64,000 bases of DNA from Octopus vulgaris. Its lineage: Eukaryota. Numbering within the stretch: position 1 is the stretch's first letter; every line of letters begins with the position of its first letter. The translations under genes were made by a program, and so were the position numbers. The stretch covers positions 80,786,001-80,850,000 of the forward strand of contig OX597825.1 in NCBI GenBank assembly GCA_951406725.2, read 5' to 3'. Shown piece after piece: positions 52,343 through 64,000 of the stretch. Under the pieces are notes generated by a model. That model saw only the letters and a program-made list of their open reading frames with translations, had not been told where the DNA came from and did not search any database.

Positions 52343-53691
52343 TACAGAATCAGTCGTGCGCCATGCTGGAAGAAATGTCTTTTATTAATTACTTTCATGA
52401 AGGTGGTCGGTTGGCAGAACCCTTAATTCGCCGGACAAAATGCTTAGCGCCATTTCTTCTGTTTTTCTGATCCGGGTTTAAACTCCACCCAGACCGACTA
52501 TGCATTTCATTCTTCCGGATAAAATACCAGTCAGGTTCTGGGGTCGACATAATCGACTCCCTCTTTCCATTAAATTTCAAACTTATATTAGTAAAAAGGA
52601 TTATTTGCATTAATAAATCAGCATGCTGATAAAATCATTAACATGCCGGACAAAATGCTTAATGGCATTTCTTCCGGTTCGCTACGGCGTGTGTTCAAAT
52701 TCCGATGAGGTCGACTTTCTTTTCAAGGCCGATAAAATAAGTACCAACGATATACTGAGGTCGATGTAATCAATTAGGCCCCATCCCTTGATTTCAGGTC
52801 TTGATATAGTTATTTTTACTTTCATCTCTTCTACTTTGTGAGATCGAATCCCGTTCAGATTTAATTCGACTTTTATACTTCCCAGATCGATAACAAGACT
52901 TGTGATATAAAGTGCCAATGATGTTTTACAACAGTAAAATTAATTTTTCAAAAATTTTCTTTCTTTTCCTTTTTGTCAACCTTTCAAATGTGGGAGATAT
53001 TTCTGCCGCACCCTATACATATATATGTATACAGAAACAGCTTAAGCTAATGAATTTTGCTGAACAACCTCTGCTCATTGTCATTCATGTATTTATATTG
53101 TTGTGATTGTTGTATAACCACAGACCAGCACACCGAACAAGCAGGCCTACGGTATGCTGGGTTCGAATCATGACTATGCCATCTTTTATTCGGACACTAT
53201 TTATTCATGGTCAACGTTCTGTAATATGAACACTAATTCTTTTTTTTTTTTCTATAACAGCAGGAGAATTTATCTACTATTTTTAGAAGATCGAACTACC
53301 ATGTAGAGGCTTCCCCGTTGGTTCATAAAATAACAGTTGTTATCGTTTTAGATATCATTCGACAAACGATACTGCTGGAAACGGAATACATTTACATTTT
53401 AATGATTATGTTATTTCAGTTTCGCTAGATTATGCCGTTACCTGCTTCTCATTAACGTATCAGGTGATCACAAAATCGATTTATCATTGTTTTATGCTAT
53501 CTCTGCTCTTTATTCTAGGAAAAGACTGTTCTGAATCAGCATAGGAATGGGAAAAGGAAGAAAAATAAGCAAAAAGATAAATTAAAGTAAAAAGATTAAT
53601 AAAAATGGGTTTATTCAGTGTAGGACATGGTAAGATGGACGAGCATATGAAAGTAGCGTGTGGTGTGCCTTGGGAAGAAACGGTTATCATA

Positions 53692-53754
<63 letters not shown>

Positions 53755-53810
53755 TTATATATATAAAATATATATATATATAAATATATATATTTATATA
53801 TATATTTATA

Positions 53811-53857
<47 letters not shown>

Positions 53858-54133
53858 CAGTATATATCATACTGATGTGTACACAAACTGAATAGAGGCA
53901 AAAGCGTATGTTTACATACAAATATATATGCATGTATGTAAATATATATCTGTGTATGTGTGTGTATGTGTGTATGTGCACTTATCATTCATAACATATA
54001 CGTATATAGACGGATAGATAGGTACATATATATATATATAAACACACAAATATATATATGTGTATATATATATATGTATATATACATATATATATGCACA
54101 TGCATATACATATATATACATATACATACATAC

Positions 54134-54164
<31 letters not shown>

Positions 54165-54585
54165 CGTATATGTATCTACAAATACATACGTACTTATATA
54201 TATATATACATGTATATATTTATATATATATATATGCATATATGCATGTATGTATAAACATATACACTCATACATGTCTTCAGTACTGCCACACGTTCAA
54301 TGCATTACGCCAAACTGAGCAACCAAACTGTGAAATGCATTTGTCTTGTCAAGGAAAAGTAAAACCGTATTATTTATGCGTATTTGAAAGCACAGGCGTT
54401 ACGTAACACACACACACACACACACTCACACATGCAGGCACACATACATTCACACACACGCAGGCGCACACACACACATACAACCCCGCCACAAACACAC
54501 GCACACTTTAAAATAGCGGGATATTAATTTTAAAATAACCACTGTTGTATATATCGATACTACACATGCTGACATGTATACAATC

Positions 54586-54683
<98 letters not shown>

Positions 54684-55059
54684 TCGTGGTATATAAGCAG
54701 TAAAGAGATTTATCCCGTTTTCAATAAATAATTGCTTAAATTTCGCATTTTCTCATATTATTAAAAACATATCCACTGCATTTCATGTATATATATATGC
54801 CAAATTTGTCCGAATTTGTATGTCCAAATTTGGCCAAATGCTCTTTTTTTCAACATTTATTGATGCTTACAATAGCCAGTTCTTTTGGTTAAACTATCGT
54901 ACCTCCAGCTTCTTCAGATGCCAAGATATCAAAAATGATGAAAGTGTAGTACAACCGTTTTGATATGAAATGGTGAAACTATTTTTTCGTTTTCTGAAAA
55001 AGCAACGTTTCGGACTTATGACACTTTTGCATAATAGCAGCGATATATTTATATATTTA

Positions 55060-55526
55060 TACTTTTACTCTTTTATTTATTTCAGTCATTTGACTGCTGC
55101 CATGTTGGAGCACTGCCTTTAGTCGAACCCAGAACTTATTCCTTGTAAGCCTAGTACTTATTCTATCGGTCTCTTTTGCCGAACCGCTAACTCAGGGGAC
55201 GTAAACACACCAGCATCAGTTGTCAGGTGATAGTGGGGCAACAAACACAGACGCACAAATATATACATAATACATACATACATATATACATACATACATA
55301 CATACATAATACATACATACATAGATACATACATACATACATATATATATATACACACACGAAGGGCTTCTTTCAGTTTCTATCTACCAAATCCACTCCC
55401 AAGGATCTGGTCGACCCGAGGAGGCTATAGTAGAAGACACTTACCCAAGGTGCCACGCAGTGGGACTGAACCCGTAACCATGTGGTTGGTAAATAAGCCA
55501 CTTACCACACAGCCACTCCTGCGACC

Positions 55527-55527
<1 letters not shown>
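55060..55527 (-). mobile_element. SINE family S2, full length
   Basis: As 19637, reverse strand. Confidence 0.88.
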
Positions 55528-55586
<59 letters not shown>

Positions 55587-57089
55587 TTTATTTGCTCCAG
55601 CCATTTGCCTGCGGCGATGCTGGAGCACAGCTTTGCAGAATTTCTTGTAGATTGAATCGATAGAGTGCTTTTTTTCTTTTTATAACCCGGTACGTATTCT
55701 ATCGGATACCTTTTGCTGGACCGCAAAGTTACGGGGAGGTAAACACACGAACGCGGTCGTCAAGTGGTAGTGGGGGACAAAAACAGACACACAGTCACAC
55801 TCGCACTCTCCCTCTCTGTCACACACACTCACACATACACACACACGCGCGCGCGCACACACACGCACATCAATTTAATACATATTACAAAAGAGCTACT
55901 TGTAGTTTCATGCTTTTGTGATACTTTGGATAGGGAGATTTATAAAACATTCCATTTATCTCCAAGCAATCTTTCGGAATCTGTTTATGCGTTAGATGTA
56001 TTTTAAAAACCAGAAGGCTGGACAGTGAGAAAATAAGAAAAAGAAAAATGAGAAAACGCGAGAATGGTGCAAAAAAATGGAACGAGAAGAAAGAAACGAA
56101 AGCAAGAAAACCAAGATCCCTATCACCCCCTCATTGCAAACCCCCAAATAATGCAGCTGGTGTAGAACAATATAACAAAAGACAAGTCAGATTATGCAAA
56201 ACAGAAACCCAATCCAGAGCTGGTGGGGGCTCTCCAGTTCGACAAAAGAAACTTGTTCATGTGCTTGCATCTGGTAAAAATTTCAGATCTGGAATTAAGC
56301 AGTGCGGTGGAATTCTTGGCTCTAAGAAGAATGTGAGATCTTTCTACTATGAGGCGGGGAATCAAATTATTTTCCCATATCTGTTTTTGGTCTATTTTTA
56401 TGATTCATATTTTTACTTGAAGGGTTGTAAAATATCTTATCATTGAAGCCGCTGTTATCTAGGGCATTGTTATCGTAGGGAGCTGCCTAACTAATTATTT
56501 CTTTAGAAAGGAGATTTGACTGGTATATTTTCCCTGTATTATCTCTCTCCCTTTTTCTTTGTTTTATTTCTTTACTTTATTCCTATCTTCCTGTTTTTTC
56601 TTTTTTTCTTCTTTTTTCTCTTTTGTTTTCTCTTTTCTCTATTCCTCTCTTCATGTTTTCGATTTGATCTTACAAATACATTCCCTACTTTTAGGTCATT
56701 TTAAATAAAACCCTCGATTCAATAGCACTATGTACAAACTCTATACTTGGAATGACCAACCTTCAATACTTTTGGAATTTACAATGACCAATTTTAAATA
56801 CTATTGGATTTTACTCACAAGGTATTGGAATCTTATATGTATATCATTCTGCCTAAATAATGGATCTACAAACACAAATCCCTGTAATATCCCTGCATAT
56901 CTTACATCTATTTTCATTTATCCACTTCACTTTCTATTTCGTATCTTATCTAAATCAATTATTGCTTAACCATTTTCTCACACCGTCTTCGATGAATGGA
57001 TATAATAAATATCCTGGAAACAGCAGTAAGACCTATTTATAAATGTTCTAAAATCCTCACAACCTTGGTTTTTTTATCTCATTCTGAAA

Positions 57090-57176
<87 letters not shown>

Positions 57177-57339
57177 ATATGTATATATATGTATATGCAT
57201 ATATTAATATATATATATGTATGTATATGATTTTTTTATATCTTTTCTGTCTCCACCTTCTCTTTTAAATACAGACACGTGCGCACAAACACAGAGGAAG
57301 AAAGAGAGGTAGAGATAAGGAGTAAGGGAGAGGGAGAGA

Positions 57340-57375
<36 letters not shown>

Positions 57376-57492
57376 GGAGAAAGAGAGAGAGAAAGAGAGA
57401 AAATGCGATAGATGGATATATGTATTACGTTGTGATAATTTTGAAATAACCTTGTACTAAAAGTAGCATAGATGAGCATGTATGTACGTATG

Positions 57493-57523
<31 letters not shown>

Positions 57524-57529
57524 GAATAA

Positions 57530-57568
<39 letters not shown>

Positions 57569-57687
57569 CACATTACACACACACATATATATATAAAGTA
57601 GTGTCTGTGTGAGTGGCTGTTCGTATTGTTAGGTTTAAATATGGTAGTGAATAAATAGAATATCATTCTGTCATAATAATATTGATA

Positions 57688-57855
<168 letters not shown>

Positions 57856-58143
57856 ATATCTATATATATAGGCAAAGAGAAAGAGATAGAAATAATTGAA
57901 AAGTGAGAGAAAGAGAGAGAGGGAGAGAGTAAAAGTTGAAGGGTGAAGTGTGGGGGTGCAGTTGGAGTGAAAATGTCGAGGGGATATTGTGATGGTCGGT
58001 TAAGTTATTCTTATATTTATAATAGCCATTAACGAAGTCGATTCAATTACGGAGTAGATTTTCATACTTTATTTAGTAATGAAATATGGTCTAATGGCGA
58101 AATTTCATCATTCCGCTACTGCTACATAGGTAAATTAATTTCA

Positions 58144-58212
<69 letters not shown>

Positions 58213-58307
58213 ATGTAATGCTTCTTCTTCTTCTTCTTCTTCTTCTTCTTCTTCTTCTTCTTCTTTCTCATCTACCTCTTCTACCGCTTCTTCTTCTTCT
58301 TCTTCTT

Positions 58308-58338
<31 letters not shown>

Positions 58339-58359
58339 TTATTATTATTATTATTATTA

Positions 58360-58528
58360 TTGAGTGAGAGAGCAGTGCATGCCATCAAAGTGACCCTGGA
58401 GGAAAATATACGAAACCCAGTATACCCATCATGACTACCCGTCTGATAGGGGTACACCAAGCACATGCATCACAACCATATGCGCACGACGCGGTGACCT
58501 TGTATCAAGATAAACAGCTCATGACCTT
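58360..58528 (-). mobile_element. 5'-truncated copy of the (AAT)n-associated retroposon
   Basis: Homologous to 12422-12590; (TTA)n on both sides. Confidence 0.85.
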
Positions 58529-58592
58529 ATTATTATTATTATTATTATTATTGTTGTTGTTGTTGTTGTTGTTGTTATTATTATTATAATTA

Positions 58593-58656
<64 letters not shown>

Positions 58657-58698
58657 GTTGTTGTTGTTGTTGTTGTTGTTATTATTATTATAATTATA

Positions 58699-58755
<57 letters not shown>

Positions 58756-58797
58756 GTTGTTGTTGTTGTTGTTGTTGTTATTATTATTATAATTATA

Positions 58798-58857
<60 letters not shown>

Positions 58858-58899
58858 GTTGTTGTTGTTGTTGTTGTTGTTATTATTATTATAATTATA

Positions 58900-58970
<71 letters not shown>
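58528..58970. repeat. (TTA)n(TTG)n compound microsatellite with ~100-bp higher-order period
   Basis: (TTG)n-TTATTATTATAATTATA junction recurs four times. Confidence 0.9.
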
Positions 58971-59291
58971 GCTAGCATTATCTTAAATACGAGAGTTTTA
59001 TAGGAAATCTCAGAACGCGAAGAACGAACGGAATTCTATATTATGTCCAAGACTTACCAAAGTTCCAGAACAGGTTCTCTAAGAGCCAATATAAGTAACA
59101 GATTTCGATAACTGAATTCGATATTTTTCAATACAATTACTGGATATCAATATTCGATCAATCATTAATGGACGTAAATAGATAAAGATGCTTCGCTGGG
59201 GAGTTTATAAGAACTCATTGAGATGAATAGAGAAAAGCACACCTGCTTTCTCACATTATCAATTTATTTTCAACATACAGCACAAACATAT

Positions 59292-59384
<93 letters not shown>

Positions 59385-59632
59385 CAGGTATACATACATA
59401 CAGGTATACATACATACATATATAAATATGTGTGCATATATATATATATATGTATGTATGTATACCTGTATGTATATATATATGTATATATGTATATATG
59501 TATGTATGTATATATGTATATGTATATATGTATATATGTATATGTATGTATGTATATATACATACATATATATGTATATATGTATATATATACATGCATA
59601 TATATGTATATATGTATATATGTATATATGTA

Positions 59633-59663
<31 letters not shown>

Positions 59664-59709
59664 GTAGAGGTAGACTGTGTATATAGGAAGCAGAAGTGGA
59701 TATTTAATA

Positions 59710-60907
59710 TTGAGTCATCCCATAAATAATGCGGTTTTTTCAATTGCATGAAATTAAAGTTGGAGGGAGACGGGATAAGTTACCCGTATCAACTTGCTAT
59801 AAAAACAGATAGTAATTTTGCCTTGTACTTATTCTTAATCCAAGTTTTGAAGAGTGCAGTTCCATTTTAACAGTTACGGAACGTGCGAGGAATATTAATG
59901 CAATATGGGGGATTGGACACTAAGCGTAAGCCAGTGTCAATGGTGGTTCCAGAAATTCCGAGCCGGAAACTACAGTCTTGAAGACGAGCCTCGTCCTGGA
60001 AGATCTGTAGTGTTCGACAAGGATGTCCTGCAAATCTTGGTGGAACAAAATTCTATTGTAACTGTTGAGGAACTTGCAGAGAAGCTTAGATTTGGTCATT
60101 CAACCATTCATTGACACCTGTGTGCCATCGGGAAAGTCAGCAAATTGGGACAATGGGTTCCTCACAAACTTTCCGAGTTTAATCGCAAGTAGAGAGATTG
60201 TGCGCTCTTTTTGCTGTCACGTCTTACGAATGAACCGTTTTTGGACCGAATAGTGACTGGTGACAAGAAATGAGTTCTCTATAAAAATGTCAAGTGCCGA
60301 AGACAGTAAGTAGCAAAAGGAGAAACACCGGCACCCCAGGTAAAAGAAGGATTTCACCCACGTAAGGTGTTGTTATCTGTTTTGTGGGATATGAAAGGTT
60401 TAATCCACTTTGAACTTTTAAACCCAAACCAAACGATAACAAAGGAGATCTACTGCGAACTGGCAGAAACGTTAGCACACCATACGAAATGCTTAGCTGT
60501 ATTTCCTTTGTCTTTATGTTCTGAGTTCAAATTTTTCCGAGGTCGACTTTGCTTTTCATCCTTTCGGGGTCGATAAATTAAGTACCAGTTGCGTACTGAG
60601 ATCGATCTAATCGACTGGTTCCCCCCTCAAAAATTTCGAGCCCTGTGTCTAGAGTAGAAAGGTCTTCAAAATCATTTAGAGGGAAACATATGAATTCTGT
60701 AGACAAGGTCTGGACAGTATTGGAGGAGTATTTTTCATCACGGACAAATGAATTTTGGAAGAGGAACCTTGCAAGTCTACCAGATAGATGGAAGAGCATT
60801 GTAGAAAATGAAGGAGTGTATATTTTAGATTAAAGAAGAACTTTGTTCATCTTAATTTTGAAAAACAAAAGAATTAAAAAAACCGCTTTATTTATGGGGT
60901 GACCCCT
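59710..60907 (+). mobile_element. mariner transposon (defective), both TIRs and TA TSD, with nested S3 SINE
   Basis: TIR TTGAGTCATCCCATAAATAATGCGGTTTTTT / AAAAAACCGCTTTATTTATGGGGTGACCCCT; WFQKFRAGNYSLEDEPRPGR, WVPHKL, DRIVTGDKK, LLSVLWDMKG, LPDRWKSIVENEGVY. Confidence 0.92.
60455..60660 (+). mobile_element. SINE family S3 nested in the mariner
   Basis: GCGAACTGGCAGAAACGTTAGC...GTCTAGAGTAGAAA. Confidence 0.88.
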
Positions 60908-61121
60908 TACATAGATACATATATACATACATATGTACATACATACATATAAAATATACAGGCATGGCTGTTTGGTAAGAAGTTTGCTTCTCTGCTACAT
61001 GGTCCTGGGTTCAGTCCTACTGCGTGGCACCTTGGGCTGGTGTCTTCTACTATTGCCCCAGACCAACCAAAGTCTTGTGCGTGGTTTTCAGAGATGGAGG
61101 CTAGGAGAATCTCGTCTATAT

Positions 61122-61176
<55 letters not shown>

Positions 61177-61991
61177 GCAACAACGACAACAACAGCAACA
61201 ACAACAGCAATAACAACATTTACAATAACAATACTGGCATGAACAATACGAACATCAACACCAAGAAGAACAAGACAAACGACAGCAGAGCTATTCTTGA
61301 ACTATCGAACACAAAATCAATCAATATCGTATTTTTGTTATTTGATTGAAAGTTTTCCTTTTCTCGACTTCTGTTTTTTCTTTATATTTTTGTTTTGTTT
61401 TGTTCTCACCCCCCACCTCTCATCATTTTAATAAAGAAATGTTTGCCGGGAATGCAGTCAAAAATAATCACCATTGTTTGTTTGGATGTTTCCAATCCAT
61501 GTTAGATCAATAGCATGTGTGTCATGTGTAAGAGAATGGAATCGATACGAAACAAATTCTGAAGAATTCAAAGAAATTCTTTAAAAACATCAACAACAAC
61601 AAAAAAGAAAACAAAAATCGAAACAAAAACTAAAAGCTCAATATTTTTGATAACAGCAAATAATTGTGGCAGATTGGAACACATGGCAAGCACATTTGGA
61701 AGAGGTGCTAATGCGATAACATCAACCCCAGTATTCAACTGGTATCTATTTTATCGAAAGGGGAAGTCGACATCCATTGAACTCGGTGCTTGATAGGTGG
61801 TTTATTTTTATCGATCCAGGAAGAATGATAAGCAAGTTGACCATGGCAGGATTTGAACCCAGATCCCAGACGATGTCAATTTGCCGTTGTACTTACCGAA
61901 GAATACAATGCACTGTGCTGTTTACAGAGTGAGATTTGGGGCATAAAAAAATCGTAATCTATGTTATACTTTTTCACACGTGGGAAAAGTT

Positions 61992-62022
<31 letters not shown>

Positions 62023-62099
62023 GTGCGTGTGTGTGGGTGTGTGTGTGTACCACTGAACCCAACATGTTTTTTTTCATTCTCTCTCTATTTCTTCTTATT

Positions 62100-62137
62100 T
62101 CTTTCTATCGAAGAGCGTAGGTTCGAAAGGTAAAAGA
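62100..62137 (+). ncRNA. degenerate copy of the 1371 hammerhead family
   Basis: TCTTT-CTATCGA-AGAGCGTAGGTTC-GAAA-GGTA-AAAGA. Confidence 0.4.
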
Positions 62138-62216
62138 CTTTTCCATTTTTGTCGAGTGTCAAACACTTGCTCGTTGTTCCTATACATGCCTTCGACCTTG
62201 GTTTTCTATAAATTTG

Positions 62217-62299
<83 letters not shown>

Positions 62300-62331
62300 C
62301 ATACATATATATACATATACATACATATATA

Positions 62332-62374
<43 letters not shown>

Positions 62375-62459
62375 GCACACACTCACACACATATATAACC
62401 CTGTATATATACCCTGGAAACTTGCATCATATGTGCGTATGTTTGTGTGTGTCTGAATA

Positions 62460-62690
62460 TTTTTTTATTCCCTACAAGTGGATAAACATAGAGGGAACAA
62501 ACAAGGACAGACAAAGGGATTAAGTCGATTACATCGACCCCAGTGTGTAACTGGTAATTAATTTATCGATCCCGAAAGGATGAAAGGCAAAGTCGACCTC
62601 GGCAGAAATTTGAACTCAGAACGTAACGGCAGACGAATTACCGCTAAGCATTTCACCCGGCGTACTAACGATTCTGCCAGCTCGCTGCCC
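62460..62690 (-). mobile_element. SINE family S3
   Basis: Homologous to 11065-11297. Confidence 0.88.
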
Positions 62691-63787
62691 TCTGGGACAC
62701 TTGTATTGGTTCTGGAACCAATCAGATCTTGCACTATGCGATTCAGTATCATAACTATTTACTGCATCCGGAGCTTCACTGATTTTCTCAACTCAATATG
62801 TCCTCTTGCCTCTCCTACAGCTTTTTCTTCACATGTCTCTCAGCAACTTATCAGAATGCGACAAGGCTGGCCCTTTTAATTACTGGAACTCATTTTTACC
62901 AGCTGAGCGGACTGGAGCAATGTGAAATAAAGTTTCTTGCTTAAGAACACAATGCGTTGCTGGATATCGAACTCATGACCTAGCGATCATAAGCCAAATA
63001 TGCTGAACACTAATCGAAGCGACTTCGCGGAAACTGTTTGTAATAGAATTTTACATTCAGCGTTAATCCGTTTAACCCTATCTTTCCAAAACATTTCACA
63101 CAGGGCATTATAGGTTCCATTATGAGAACAGAGAGAGCCTTCCTACAAATAATAGTAGTGGTGGTGGTGGTGGTAGATTTTGACACGGAAGTGAGGTGTG
63201 CGCATGTAATTTAGTATGTTTATGTGTGTGAGTGTGTGTGTATGTGGTTGACATTATGCGTGTCTTACATTAATAGACATATCGTACGCCGAGATATCTA
63301 TGTGAATGACTTAATATATTCTAACAGAGAATAAGAAAATGGTAAAAAGAACCTTAGATCTGTTGTTAACTGTTGAAGAGTGATAAACATGATGGCGTCA
63401 AAGATCCATCCAGGAACTGTCGTTTTTGTAGAGCTTCGGTAATGACTAGTTTTATCTAAATATCTTGGATAGGATTTAAACTGAAGAACTAGAGAAATAT
63501 TCAATTCGAGCGTCTTTTAGATAAAATAGTGAATGCTCTACCGTTGGCGGTAGGCTTCGGTTGCAGTAATTTCACATTTTCCCGCTTATTTTTATCGATA
63601 AAATATAACTGCAGCTACTTGCATTCGTCTAGATGATGGATCTACATGGGTAGACATAAATATATAGATATATCAAATAGAAAGATAGAGAACGAAATAG
63701 ATATATCACTTTGATACATCACATGGATAGATCAGACACACACAAACACACGCACACATGATGGATGTATCTCATAGATAAATATAT

Positions 63788-63839
<52 letters not shown>

Positions 63840-64000
63840 ATATAGATATATAGATAGATATATGAGATAGATAGGGCAGATAGATAAATTGATGAATATG
63901 TGCGGTAATGTATAAAGGCGAATAAATTCGCTTTTATTCTCTTGGTGTAATTACATTTATGACCTGAACTGCACAAATAGATTGCAAGTTCATGGACAGA

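Noticed and set aside
56048-57090. 132-aa ORF and possible decayed ORF1-like sequence on the minus strand
   Set aside because: No recognisable domain; the faint C-x2-C similarity needs several stops and frameshifts

Overview
AT-rich, microsatellite-saturated eukaryotic DNA with no recognisable host-gene exon. The SINE families and (TA)n/(TATC)n/(AAT)n load look like an octopus genome, which is an inference. Almost all ORFs in the track are microsatellite artefacts. The window is a mosaic of three tRNA-derived SINE families, non-autonomous Helitrons, decayed mariner/Tc1 elements, RTE and R4/Dong-type LINE fragments, a 5S rRNA fragment and a probable solo LTR. The standout is a young ~2.1 kb element (7317-9460). 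It has 165-bp direct repeats, one intact 434-aa gag/LINE-ORF1-like CCHC protein, no RT or endonuclease, and a minimal hammerhead ribozyme (HHR) whose predicted cleavage site matches the element's 5' start. It is a candidate protein-coding retrozyme-like element. By eye I also find about a dozen further minimal type-I HHR motifs from several unrelated families, of the kind seen in Penelope-like terminal repeats. Two long palindromes carry HHRs with compensatory 3:8 core swaps (G3:C8 and U3:A8). All calls are by eye; no searches or folding were run.
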